DNA of 64,000 bases from Sphyrna mokarran (taxonomy: Eukaryota), in NCBI GenBank assembly GCA_024679065.1, contig JAGIQG010000004.1, forward strand, positions 97,650,001-97,714,000, given 5' to 3'. How positions within the stretch are numbered: the first letter of the stretch is position 1; each line of letters opens with the position of its first letter. The translations under genes were made by a program, and so were the position numbers. The notes beneath the pieces are model-generated. The model was not told where the DNA came from. It searched no databases and saw only the letters and a list, made by a program, of their open reading frames with translations. Below are positions 28,288-41,587 of the stretch, piece after piece.

Positions 28288-28692
28288 CACAGTGGCACAG
28301 TGGTTAGCACTGTTGGCTCACAGTTCCAAAGATCTGGGTTCAGTTTTCAGCTTGGGTCATTGCCTGTGTGGAGTTTACACATTCTTCCCATGTCTGCATG
28401 AGTTTAAAGTTTATTTATCAGTCACAAGTAGGTTTACCTAAACACTGCAATGACATTACTGTGAAAATCCCTGGGTTTCCTCCAGAGCTCCGATCTCCTC
28501 CCATACTCCGAAAATGTGTGGGTTAGGTGCATTGGCCAAGCTAAATTGCCCCTTAGTCTCCCGGGATGCGTATATTAGAGGGATTAGCGGGGTAAAAATG
28601 TGGCATTACTGGGATTGGGCCTAACTGGGATTGTTGTTAGTGCAAATACGATGGGCCGAATGACCTCCTACACTGCAGGGATTCTATGATTC
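28288..28692 (+). mobile_element. HE1/V-type SINE (tail B) with an inverted tail-A fragment nested inside
   Basis: The core is split at about 28405-28471 by the reverse-oriented tail-A sequence (TCACAAGTAGG...CACTGCAATGA...GTGAAAATCCC). Confidence 0.8.
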
Positions 28693-29014
28693 TCTGACCT
28701 AGACTGATATTACTGAAAATTATTGCTCAAATGAGACTCAGTCTGCTGGGCTTATGCTGCATGAATACTACGATAAATATTGCTAGGCCGGAGGCTGGAA
28801 ATTTTGCAACAAGTAATTCACCCCCTGAATCACTATAAACCCACTGGGATATTTTTGACTTCACTGGATCTATTGCTACATCTCTAGTGCTTATGCTTAA
28901 CAGCCTGTTGACATCTCCTAAATGTTATTTGCAAGCTCTGAGGTGTAAACCTGGATGCCTTGTACCACTATCATAAGAAACAACCTTGTGTAAATGCAAT
29001 CAAGCTATCACCAT

Positions 29015-29270
29015 TCAACTTAAAGAACAAAGAAAATTACAGCACAGGAATTGGCCTTTCAGGCCTTCACCAACACAGATCCCTCTGCCTATCAATATTC
29101 TTAAGGATTCTGCCATTTATTACATATTTCCTATCTGTATTAGACCTTCCAAAATGCATTACCTCACATTTGTCTGGATTAAATTCCATTTGTCACCTCT
29201 CTGCCCAAGCCTGCAATGATCTGTGTTCTCTGATGGTCCTCATCGCTATCCTCAAATCCACCAACCTTTG
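29015..29270 (-). mobile_element. Internally deleted CR1 fragment
   Basis: AAAGAACAAAGAAAATTACAGCACAGG tail joined to RT sequence (reverse complement of QMEFNPDKCEVMHF). Confidence 0.75.
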
Positions 29271-30224
29271 TCCTAGACTTATGTGCCCTTTGACTGCCTA
29301 TTGCTACTCTCAGATCATGATAGCCATAGATGCAGCTGCATGTCAAACTCTAGCAGCTGAAAGCTGATATAAAAGGTTGTTCCTCATTTGCCTCTAACTG
29401 TCACTAGGACAACAGTCTGTGTTTCCATTGAGGCAAAATCGCAACCTAGTTGAAGGCCATCCTTGACTGGGGGATAGAGGGGAAGAGGTGGTTAGCTTCA
29501 GCAGGTTGCAATAAACCCATTGGACAACTATTGATAACTACCATAAAGAAAAAGATGGCAATAAAATAGACTCCTGAGTCACAATCATCAATTACTGCAT
29601 TCTCTGAGCCTGCTTGTATGTTACGTGTTCTTCAGGTGAAGAAAAGCAAAGAATGCTTTTGAATCATGACCCCCTACAACTTCGCTTCCACGGTTAAGAT
29701 GCAATCTCCTCTCCCACTACGCAGGCTGTCATGTGTGGATCACTGGGTGCCATAACCTCATGGTCCAATGCCCCTCGGGTCTTAGTATCTGAGCTAGTGC
29801 ATGTGAATGAGAAAGCAAGTGTTGATACCAAGGAGATTGTGGGGCAGGACGTAGTTCCAGAGATACCTGTGTGATATTCTCTTTAGCATTCTACTCAACA
29901 TCTTCATTAGAAGAAATTTCTGTCTTGCTACATAACATCATCATCATCATCTTCCTCTTCCTCTTCATCAAGTTAATGTGAAGAATCTGGAGGCGTGGAA
30001 AGCAAATCCTATGACTGGCTGATTAAAAATAGAGACAGTGAAAGCTACTAGCTGAAAGCTATTGTGTTTATGTGCACCTTTTACCTGCAGGGTCTTACTG
30101 ATCTAACCACATGCCACAATTGAATGGAGTGTCTATTCCAAAAGATCTATGGCCCTGCTTCTCATATGGCATTAGATCTGATGTCTGAAATTTCCTTTCT
30201 GGTTTCTTGTTCTTTGTATCGAAA

Positions 30225-30455
30225 GGGGTACTTTTTTCACGCAGAGGGTGGTGAATGTCTGGAAAAAGCTGCCAGGAATAGTAGTAGAGGTGGGTACAAT
30301 TTTATCGCTTAAAAGGGATTTAGACAGTTACATGGTTAAGATGGATGTAGAGGGATATGGGCCAAATGTGGACAACTGGGACTAGATTGAGGATTTTAAA
30401 AAAGAGTAGCATGGATAAAGGGCCTGTTTCCATGTATAAACCTCTAAGACGCTAT
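30225..30455 (+). mobile_element. CR1 3' fragment
   Basis: FFTQRVVNVW-type terminus followed by 3' UTR. Confidence 0.75.
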
Positions 30456-30892
30456 AAGTTTGCAAAGGATTTAAACACTAACAAGAAATACTAGAAATAT
30501 TTCAGCAGGTCAGTCGTTGGTGAGAAGAAAATGATTGACTAAATGGCCCCGGTTTTTTGGGAGGGCAGGCAGGATGAGTATGAGGCACCAAACCAATATG
30601 GGAGTCCTGTCATGGGGAAAGCCAACTAACAGAACTTAACAGAAATTACAGAACTGATTTGAGCCAAACCGCACATTTTATTAATTATAAAGGCTTTTTT
30701 ATTTCTATCTCCAAATCCTCGCTTGCTTTCACTCTAAGTTCAGTCTCTCCCCCACTACTGAGGCCCTTACACAAACTTCATTCATCTCAAGACACCATGT
30801 GGGATGGAGCAGATGTCTATCGGATGAGTGATGGGTACGATAACCACCCAAAGGAATCAGCTATCCTGCAATAAACCACAGGACTTAAAAAA

Positions 30893-32055
30893 ATGGAATT
30901 TAATCCGGATAAATGCGAGGTGATGCATTTTGGCCGGAATACTGTAGAGGGGAGTTATAGGATAAAAGGTAAAATTATCCAGAGTATAGAGACGCAGAGA
31001 GACCTGGGGGGTGGAGGTTCACAAGTCTCTGAAGGTGGCAGTACAGGTGGAAAAGGTGATAAAGAAAGCTTATGGTATGTTAGCCTTCATAGGAAGGGGT
31101 ATAGAATACAAGAGTAGGAGTTTGATGTTGCAAGTGTATAGAACTTTGGTTAGGCCTCACTTGGAGTACTGCATCCAGTTCTGGTCGCCGTACTACCGGA
31201 AGGATGTGGAGTTCCTGGAGAGAGTGCGGAGGAGGTTTACCAGGATGCTGCCTGGTATGGAAGGGCTGTCTTACGAGGAAAGGTTGAACGTACTGGGGTT
31301 GTTTTCCCTTGAAAGACGTCAGCTGAGAGGGGATCTATTAGAGGTATATAAGATTATGAGGAGTATAGATAGAGTAAATGGTGGTAAGCTTTTTCCACCA
31401 TTAGATTTAGATAGAACGAGGGGTCACGGCCTTAGGGTGAGGGGGGCTATGTATAAGACTAATATTAGAGGGCATTTTTTCACACAAAGGGTAGTGGGGG
31501 TGTGGAATGCACTACCGAGTAAGATGGTGGGAGCAGGCATGCTAGGGTTGTTTAAGGGTCTCTTGGACAGCCACATGAGCGGTCTGCAGATAGAGGGATA
31601 TATGAGGACTGTTTAAATACTTTAATTGTTTCAACAGGCTATTCGGTCCACCTTGTTGACCAACAAGGTGCATGCATTCGGCAGGTCGTGCGAGGGCTGC
31701 TCCTGGAGGTTACTTCAGGAGTGGCCTAGTGCTTCACGTCGTTAGCGTATGCTTAAACTGGACCATCAGATGGGCAACATGACAGCTCAGAGACTATCGC
31801 TGTTGCTGTGCAGACACATGGAGTTGGGCCTGTGTCTGCGGGAGTTTGCGCGTTCTCCCCGTGGTTGCGTGGGTTTTCTCTGGGTGCTCCGGTTTCCTCC
31901 CACATCCCAAAAATGTGCTCTTAGGCTGATTGGGTAACAAATTGTCCCTTTATTGGTCTCTATATATCATTAAGACGTTAGGATGGCGGCGTGGGCTCGT
32001 TGGGCCGAAGGGCCTGTTTCCCATGCTGTGTTGTTCTTTGTTCTTTGTTGTTCTT
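30893..32055 (+). mobile_element. Young 5'-truncated CR1 LINE with an extended SINE-core-containing 3' UTR
   Basis: ORFs 30893..31117 and 31011..31616 (one frameshift in a G-run): MEFNPDKCEVMHFG...RPHLEYCIQFWSP...FFTQRVVGVWNALP; (TTCTTTG)n tail. Confidence 0.95.
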
Positions 32056-33584
32056 ACCTATTATAGTTATTGTACGTATTTCTCCTGTCACAAAATTTAG
32101 TAAAATAAACAATGGCTATTATCACATGTCTACATGACATTCTAGAATATTTGGTGAGTTGTATTAATTAAGCCACCCAGAATGATGAGCTTTAGATAGG
32201 ATAGGGATGCGTAACAAAACCCAGTGGCTAAAATACATGTGGGTAGAGAGAGAGTCAGTGAGAGAATGCAGTTGGAAGAGCATGTAAGTGCGGGAGAGAG
32301 GGGATTGCAATTGGAGCTGTGGAGAGCTAAGGAGGAAGGAGATGTGTGCAGAAGTGAGTGATGAGTAGGGCACAATGGAAGAGTGGGAGATGAGGTACAG
32401 GACATGGTCTTAGACCTCTGAGAGACGATGGGTTTCAGAAGATGAGTGCTCCAGATTCATCAGAGGCTCGTAGGAGGAAGAGAGATTTGTGAAATTTCCC
32501 CCATAGCAAATCTGTCTTTGGAGTTGATGGGGGATTTCAGACAGACTGAGCAAGATGAAAATATTGGGCCTGCAACTAGTTACTAGTTCTATACGAGAGG
32601 AGGATTCAGGAGTGCTTCCTGTTCAGAAGTTTTCATTGGGATGAAATTCAAGCTGGAGATGAATGGCCCACAACAACTAAAGATCACTAACTGGTGGCAC
32701 AACCTATCGTTATCAGGTAACATATACAATCTGTAGTTAAGCTGAGCAATGGATTATGTCTCAATGAGCATCTAATGTTTTATGACTGGCAGCTTTATGA
32801 TGCAGATTGTGTTAGTGATCATGTACAAGGATCATTGCCAATTAGGGTTAGCTGAGCCATACATTTCAATTTGGAAATTGGAGGTTAATTGAAGTTGTCT
32901 AGGATAATGTATAGAGTATGTGATTTTTTTTTCACTGTTTAGCAAGGTCAATGTCTCTTTCAGCTTGTTAATGATCTAATATCAGATTTTCAAGCTCTGT
33001 GAAAGCTCCCTACTCCTTTCATGTTTCATTTACCCTCTTGAAAGTCTAGCTGGCCAGTTAGTTGTAGATAGTGTAGGAAAATGCAGAATTAGACAGATAT
33101 GAGAAGGGGTAGAATGGAAGATATGAGAAGAGGACAAACACAGTCAATGAGCAGGGAGTAAAGATGGGAATGTGAGAAACAGGAAAAATAGGGAAAGGAG
33201 TAGGCAAATGGAGCTAGTAGTGGAGAAATGAGAGCTGTGAACAACAGCTATGTATTTATATAGTACCTTTAACATCAAACATCCTACAATGTTTCGCAAG
33301 AGCATTTTAAGGCAAGACATGACACCTAGCCACAGAAGAAAATATTGGGATAGACAACCAAAAGCCTAATCATGAAACTAAATTAGGAACTGTCCAATAT
33401 CGTTTTTAGTTACAGTGACATTGCAAACTGAGATTTTCTGTTCAGATTTGTTTACAGATAATTGCTCTATTTTATCAATATTGTTTTTATCTCATTCAAA
33501 GAGAAAGAAAGATCTACAATAAATTTCCTTCAGGAGCATTTATAGTTTATAAGTAAAGGTAATCCCAATCCCTGTGTGTTTCAG

Positions 33585-33793
33585 ATACCTGCTACCATTC
33601 AGAACCAAAACATCCAAACGGAAAACTCCTGTGGTGAAGAAGACATTGAATCCTCACTACAACCACACCTTCGTGTACAATGGTGTGAAGATTGAGGACT
33701 TGCAGCATGTCTGTCTGGAGCTGACCATCTGGGATAGAGAGCCCTTGTCCAGCAACGATTTCCTCGGAGGAGTGCGCCTTGGAGTTGGGAATG
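33585..33793 (+). CDS. SYTL4: SYTL4 C2B exon (YLLPFRTKTSKRKTPVVKKTLNPHYNHTF...NDFLGGVRLGVGN)
   Basis: tttcag acceptor, G|GTAAGA donor, 209 nt, phase 2->1. Confidence 0.97.
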
Positions 33794-34374
33794 GTAAGAA
33801 AAGAAGATGGAAGGGAAAGAGCAAGAAGCTGACCCAAGCTCCAGTAGATGATTTGGACTTTATTGATTTTGGCTGAAATTTTCAGTAGGGGTGGCAGCCA
33901 GAAATTAAGGATGAGGTAAATGGTGATCACCATGTCTGATGTACAAATTTAACAACAACTTCAGATAAGAACATCTGGACATGAAAATCCAAAAGTTGTT
34001 GCACCAGACACAATACTTTTCCATAAACTGCTCTCCATTTGGCTCCCTATTCAAATGCACTGAATGTCATGAAATTCCATGGTAGATGTGAATTAAACCC
34101 ACTACAGAATGTTAGGACTTAGACCATTTTGATCTTTTTTAATAGTGATGAGTCTTGATCACTGCCATTTTGATCTCTAACTTACAGCAACTTCCAAAGC
34201 AAAAGTTCATGGAAATTTATGGGGTAAGGACAAATCTACATTCACAAGCTAGGAAAATGCTGGCCTATGAGCCAGAATCTTAACTGCTAAAATCCATATT
34301 GTAGATCCACTCTGAAGTTTCAGCACTGTAATTTGTGACCCACACATTCACTTCATTTTTATATTTTATTCCAG

Positions 34375-34523
34375 GGGTTAGCAATGGACAAAAAGTGGAC
34401 TGGATGGATTCATTGGAAGAGGAGAGGAACATTTGGCAGAGGATGACCCAGTACCCTGGTTCCTGGGTAGAAGGAACACTGTTGCTACGTTCAAATATGA
34501 CTGGGCACACCAAGATGGGATAG
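34375..34523 (+). CDS. SYTL4: SYTL4 terminal coding exon (GVSNGQKVDWMDS...PGSWVEGTLLLRSNMTGHTKMG*)
   Basis: ttccag acceptor; phase 1 matches the previous exon; TAG stop at 34521-34523; Slp-family VDWMDS...W motif. Confidence 0.97.
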
Positions 34524-36327
34524 AGGAGAGGGGGAGAATGTATAATTTCTATATAGTATATACCAAATTAATATATTGCAACCAGAAAACTGGTTTCTTC
34601 CTTAAAATGCTGGAAGTTCTGTATGTTCGTTGGCACTAAAATCTGCCTCAGGAATAGAGGGAATACTTTCATTAGAATCAAATATGATTGACTCCATGAA
34701 TTCACAAGAACAAGAATGGCAACTTGTAGTAGCTAAATCTCACCATGGCAGAAAGTGAAGGAGAAAATGATATATTAAGAGAATTCTTGTGAGTGCATGT
34801 TAAAAATGCTTCTCTTGCAACCTGTATTCACTCTGCTCATGCTTATTTTCCTTAGTCAGTCCATCACTTATTGGGTTTCCCACTGATTGCATCCCACGCT
34901 GCTGGGAAACCCACAATGGGTGTGTCATCAGTGGGATCAGAAAATCCTGCCACTGTGAACAAATGGATAATTCTAGTTTATATCTTTCAAAAGGTATAAT
35001 TTGATTATAATGAAATGGCTGAAAGACTCAGCAACATTTTTGAAGGCCTAGCAATGAGTCTAAGTATGTTTTCCCTTTTAAGAAATCCTTTAAGATTTGA
35101 AAGGTTCTAAACTCAGAAGAGAGGGTAAGTTTGATAAACCTTGTTCGAGAGAAATCCGTGCAAGTTTCTACCAAGTACAGATTTACATTGTCTCATTGGG
35201 TAAACTAAATATACGTGGATTATGAATATCTTGTTGAACTTACACAATCACACACACCCACACTCCTTCAGAAGAATGGGACAGGCCTTTATTTCTCCCC
35301 ATTTTAGCTTAGTTGAAAATATATTGATTCAACAAATGGCATCTACATTACCTGATACTATCTTCAGTACGTTTCATAGTCAATAGAATTTGTTCAACTC
35401 AGAATTAATCTAATTTTGATTTTTAACATAAAACCTAACCATCATCAAATATTAAACTCAGTGAGTTCAGACTTTGCTTGCCACTTCTTTCTATGGGTTG
35501 GTTGTTAGTTTATTACGTTGGCTGGCTTTTATTGATATCCTTAAAATGGAGTTAACATGAAATTTATAAATAATGATATTGTGCATGAATACTGGTCACT
35601 GTTGAGTGCCAAACTATAAGCATCTATTTCAATTCCATCTAGTAGTTAAACTTACTGGAGAAAGACACCTCACGCTTCAATGCAATGGGAGGTTTCCCAA
35701 CCTAACTTCCAGCAATGGTTCAATTCAGTGAGTAGCTGATCTATAAAGGCCTTTCCTTGGTGAAGACTTCACTTCTGTTAATGAATACCTGGATGTATCT
35801 CATCTTGTATTTCATATAAATTTGTTACTCAGCCTATGTTTTAAAATGTTTAAAATGTAAGTATTGGCTATTGTGCAAGAGTTGTATTGCATAAGCTTTG
35901 AAAGCTGACAGGTAAAACCGAATATGCACATATATCTGAAAACAAATTGCATATTAATAAATTAAAATTTTGTTTGGTGCAGTTGGAGTTGTTTACATCT
36001 GTAGATTCTTCTATCACTTCAAGAAACATTTTAAAACAGCTTCACTTCATCAAGGATCCCTTTTTATCTTCTTTTCTGTCACCTTAGACTTCAAAGAGAC
36101 ACCTCAAACATATAATAGGGAGTTCCACTTTCTCCAGTTTCCAAGATTTAATTACTTAACTACTCTCCATTGTGATATGGCAGAACTTCATTGAAACTAA
36201 AGCACTATTACTTATATAGTTTCTCAAACAATCATGTGGACTCTGGAAAATGACTCTTGGGATTATGATTTTCACGTTGCCCTTAAAAGTTCTGATTTAT
36301 CTTTTTTAACTATATCATTTTACATGC

Positions 36328-36333
36328 AATAAA
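36328..36333 (+). promoter_or_regulatory. Candidate SYTL4 polyadenylation signal AATAAA (alternative at 35956-35961)
   Basis: AATAAA about 1.8 kb after the stop codon, at the end of a largely repeat-poor AT-rich stretch. No transcript evidence. Confidence 0.4.
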
Positions 36334-37904
36334 GTTATTTAATAGTTTTAGCTCAAGTCTGTCAGTGATATTGTCCAAGAATTTATATCTGTAATTGATG
36401 AGTAGACCATGTTATTTCTTGTGCACAGCCCACTGTTCACTCTTTTTCTAGTGACAAACTGGATGGGATTCTTCGCACCATGTCTTTCAGTGGCGGGAAG
36501 TGGCAGAAGACTACTTACAGATTCCTGATGTTGAACAGGAAGAAATTCAGACTCATCCAACACTGTTAGACAGATAGATTGCAAAGAAACTGTTGAGAGG
36601 TCCAGATAGATAGTGGATAGTGAAAGGTGCCATTGGCATCCATTTGAGAGCTAATCACTTAGCTGCAGTGATATGGTAGAGAAGAAGCCAAGACTCTTGG
36701 GGAATTCAGAGATGGCTATGGAAAGGAAGATAGCAATCCCACTCTGAATCTTGCATAAAGTTTCCTCTGTCTGATGCTGGACCTAAAGCTATATTTGATC
36801 TTAGCATTGCAATACATTACATTATGAACAGAATATATGTGTTGCCTTACTGCCTGTGAGCACTGTTTTTATGAAGAAGGTCTTCTTAGCCTTAGATCAT
36901 ATGTCCTAATTAAATGATTGAGTGGAAAACCTTTGAGTTTAAAAATTATTTATTCTTACATATTTACCCACAATTAAATGTGATGTCTTACACACACTCG
37001 TCCACCCATGCACAAACATTAGATACAGGCATGATAATGCATTTTACAGATTATGGTTATTTCTGTTAATTCAGATCTGCCAGCTGGCAGGCAAATAGTC
37101 TTTTACATTTTTTTTATGGATTAAACTTGAAGTTAGGCTCTTACACAATGAAAAGCTCACAGCAGGTTGGGAGATTTCTTGTCAAATTTCTGAAGTTTGT
37201 TTCCATGTGAACTTTAACTGGAGCAGGTTATGTACTTGGGCTGGTATCACACGGCTTACTTCAAGTCTGATTCATAGAACAGGTGAATTGATGTTTTCAG
37301 TAGCTTCAGTAGTTCTGCACTTGCTGATTGTTGAACAGACAAAAACGTCACTCCATGTATTATGGGTTTAGCACCTTTAGGATTCATAGTTTAGTTTAGA
37401 AAGGGAAAACCATCACACTACAAAGAAACGTTGACAGGGTCTATTCATTCCCATCTGCCGCAAATTGAGTTTTCATCTTCCATTTTGTTCTACGAGAGGC
37501 AAAGAGATAGACGTCTGGAATTTCTATAGTCCATTTATATTGGACTATGTTTAAAAAAATGCATGAATTCCCAGAATGTCTGTGAATATCCAGATTTAAT
37601 TAGGTATTCACTTAAGACATGGTACTGTCTACAGCCCAAATGCAATGGGTCATATGTTTTATGGCAGCAATTTTAATAGCCTCGTCTGTCAATTTGAAAG
37701 TATTGACAAAGGTCATAAGACATCTGTATTGGGCATCAGAACCTTAAAGTTGCCTCAATTCTTCATTAAGTTCCCAAGAACCAAAATTCCTAGAGTGTTC
37801 AGGGCAAAGGGCAATAAATTTCATTAGCCATGTGATGCAAACAATTTTAATAATAATTTTGGAATGCAATGACCAACCTGTAGAAGTAGAGACAGATGAC
37901 AGCC

Positions 37905-38045
37905 AAATAAAATTCAGATCAAAAGATCATCTAGACTCAACATTGGCTCTATTCTGCCTCCACAGGTGCTGTCAGACCTGCTGAGATTTTTCCAGCATTT
38001 TCTGTTTTTGTTTCAGATTCCAGCATCTGCAATATTTTGCATTTA
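37905..38045 (+). mobile_element. Penelope-like terminal repeat remnant
   Basis: CCACAGGTGCTGTCAGACCTGCTGAG...CCAGCATTTTCTGTTTTTGTTTCAGATTCCAGCATCTGCA, recognised from memory as a common shark repeat; the hammerhead core is decayed. Confidence 0.5.
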
Positions 38046-38099
38046 CCAAAGAAAGGCACTTTTGATTTGAGAGAAGGTACGGAAAGATACTTGGAAGTG

Positions 38100-39060
38100 C
38101 AAGAACTTGTGTATGTAAGCTTTTAAGAGTGAACACATTTGATAAAATCTACCATCAGAAAGTAATGGAGTACTTAAACTAAAAATTGACAAATGATAAA
38201 AGGATAATTCAGAATTTATATTAGATTCAAGAGTACCCTGTCAAATAGTTTTCCAATCAAAACAGGAGTACACCTAGGAAGGGTAATATCTCCAAAACTG
38301 TTCAAGTTGTACAATGAAGCTATGTTCAGAGACATAAATGATCTCCTAGATCATAACAGCAAAATCAGAAGACAACATGAAATTGTAAATGAAGTGAAAT
38401 CAGAGAGTGGAACATGGATTAAGAATGCATATAAAGATGACCAAGACATTGGTGATATGAAGCCTAACCCAAAAGTGAGCAGTGAAGTAAATAGACATGG
38501 CAAAATGTTGACATACTTTGAGCTGATTATCACAGATAATGGGAGTTGTGGCTATGAGGTCCAAGATAGCCAAAACCAGTTTTGTCAGAATGAAGGACAT
38601 ATTGACACTAAAGAAACTGAATCTAATCTTAGGAAAATAATGCTGGGGTTACTACATCTTTTCATCTATGTTATAAGCTTCAGAAACATGGATAACAAAC
38701 TGTTGAAAAGCTGAGTGCAATTAAAATGTGGACATGTAGGAGAATGATCTGTATAGTCTACACAGCCAGAAAGTCTAATGAGAAAATGCTGGAAAAAACA
38801 AGAAATTAGTACATAATATCAAACATGCAAAAATGCAATATTTTAATCACATCATTATGGCAGATGGTAGGCTGGAACTATTGTTGGAAGGTCAACAGAA
38901 CTTTGAAGGAGAGAGAAGCAGAAGAAAAAAGTGATGATGGTTATTAAGAACTGGATATATCAAAATATGTGAAATGTGCAAGACCAGCATAAGACAACCA
39001 GAGGTGGGAGTCCATGGCAATCAACTTTCTGGGAAAAAGATGACAACAATGAAGAAATTA
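38100..39060 (+). mobile_element. Degenerate RTE-clade LINE 3' region (intergenic)
   Basis: Frameshifted motifs ASETW, IKMWTCRRM...YTARKSNEKML, KMQYFNHII, LLLEGQ are typical of the RTE ORF C-terminus. Confidence 0.7.
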
Positions 39061-39311
39061 AACCAATCCTTACTCCAGATAGTAAAATCTGGAATATTCA
39101 TCTTGAAACCAGGAAGGAAGGAATATTCTGAAAGATATTCAAGAAATTTTGGTCACACTGTGCCAAAGACAGCTACAGTAAAATTTCAAGGTTTTAAGTT
39201 TCTGAATTGCTGAAATTAGAAATTGGCTCAACATTAGAGTAGAGACTTGCCAAATTTGTGCATGGATGTTGAAGATTATAAAACAAAAAAAAGTACAAAA
39301 AAAAATTTGTT

Positions 39312-39317
39312 TTTATT
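39312..39317 (-). promoter_or_regulatory. Candidate polyadenylation signal of the MFF-like gene (about 2.3 kb 3' UTR)
   Basis: The minus strand reads TGTAATAAA followed by a long T/GT-rich downstream tract; it marks the end of a repeat-poor stretch starting at the stop codon. Confidence 0.55.
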
Positions 39318-41587
39318 ACATGGGTCATCAAAAGGTCCTGTAAATATTTTGGCCCAGGGTTTTTGCAAACCAAGGAACTTGACACTTTTTGGGGAAGGGC
39401 TGAAATGCTACAGCTGAAACAACAAACATTCCTTTGTGTGTGAGAGTCCACATTGGGTATATATTTAAAAATACATAAATATATGTACAAATGACAAGAA
39501 CAGACTTCAATGTGCATTCTCATTCCATAAAATGCAAAATGAAACAGTCAACAGTTGGCCAGATTGTAATACAACTGCTAATTTTTAAATCTCTGCACAA
39601 TTCAGTATTCCTGCATACAGATTTGACTTCATAACATACATCTCTATCGATGTTTATACTGTTCTGTGGCCAGAATGCTTTTAAGTTTTCTTTCACCATT
39701 TCTTGGATTTTAAACCTGCACTTAAATCCAGATTTTTTTAAACTCATTTTTGAATGGAATTTACAGGAAGAGATTTCTCCACAAAAACTGTCATTCTGCC
39801 TGTGCACTGGAAGAGAATATTAAAGTATTTTTACATTTTTAAAAATACTTGAAAAAAATATAAAAATACCAAATAATAGAGGCCTATATTTAGATTATCA
39901 AAACTTGGATAGTTTAGTAGGACTTAGATAAATTCAGTTTTGGAAGCTTTAAACTCAAAGGAATAAATTCTTTGACAATTTTTAATTCTGCCAACTAACT
40001 TTGCTCTAAAAGAGAGAACTCCCATAGATTTAGATTCAAAGGAAAAATTGTTTATATTTAAAACATACACAGGAATATCAAATTTCAATTTGGTTATCTT
40101 ATTTTGACCTATTCATTACTCACAATACATGACCTTAGGTTGAACATTAGTCACTAGAATCTTTCTCTCTTGCACCGCTTTGGAATTGTTTCAATCTTTG
40201 TCCCTCATTGTTCATTGGTGAACGCTAACTCACATCTCCCAATTTGTAGGAGTCATTTTAACATTGCACTGTGTGTTATCCATCAGGAAAGAACCTTCTC
40301 TTACGTCACGTTGAAAACCTGCTGGACCCACTATCCCAGCATATCGTTACACTTTTAGGTGTTAATTGTTTAACTAAATGTGCATATTTAAGCTGTCCAA
40401 CTGGAATACTAGATTCTCACAAGAGCTTGTATGTTACATCGGGTATAGTTCAATATCAAGTGAAACAACTTTAATTAAACAGCATATTGCATTTATAAAT
40501 GTTCCTCAAGCACACTGCATTTAATGTTTCTATTCAAACAAAGGTTTTAAACTGCAATGATCAAGCATATATAAAAATCAGAAGAAACATGAATGATCAT
40601 TCTTGTCGTATTGTAATAATGGGCAGCATTGTTTTTCTAATACTTTAAATTTTAGAAAAACAAATAGCTGTGGGTTACTGAGAATTTCGATCTTTCTGAT
40701 TACAACACGTTAGATTGTTGTGTCTCATACAGCACGTACAAAGACAAAGTAAATTAATTAAAATATACCTACTGACAGCAAGTACACAAGTCAGTATTGG
40801 ATTAGATATCTTCAAATTAACTTAAAATATTACACTGAATTAACATGCAACTTTGGGGGAAAATCTCTTTTTGAGTTTGCATGCAGTTTCACCCCCAATC
40901 ATAGAGCAGACAAATATTTTTGCAGCTCTATAATAAAATAATGCGATATCTGAACAGCAGTTCAAGTATAACATGATTATACTACGTTTGCCTATGATTT
41001 CCTACTGAACAACATAATAAATGTACTTTGGGAAGAGGTCGAGTACATTTCCTTTGGAAAGGAAGGGAGGAAAAAAAACCGTCAAACGTCAAACATTCCT
41101 GCACAAATTCTCATGGGGAATTAGGATTGGCCAAAAATTGCAGGCATTGCCAGTGATGAACAAATAGCAGAGGCTGTCTCTAGTGAGGGAACAAAACACA
41201 GAAGCAGTTTTGCTTACCACCAAGTTTTTTTCAAATTTACTGGTTCATCAACTTGTTTGCGGACAAAATTATTCAAAATTCTTATTATTGCAGTAAAGTT
41301 AGATTTGTGGTGTAAATTAAAGAAAAAACTTTGTAAGTTTTAAACCAATTAGGTTTTGAATGCATTGCACTGACACTTGTAATACAATTTCTCCCAAACT
41401 CACATCACAGTGTTATTAAAATAATGTTAGCAAACTGTTCTAAAGGACATCATTCCCTTGTATTTAGTAATGACACCGATTGCTTCACAAAAGAAACAAT
41501 AACACCCGTCATGTTGCATTCAGAAGATGGTCTCATTCTGTCAGTTTGTAGCACTTTTCCAACTCTACATGTGCAGTTAGAACAAAT

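Noticed and set aside
38307-38714. 135-aa intergenic ORF as a gene
   Set aside because: It starts at TTG and lies within a decayed RTE LINE.
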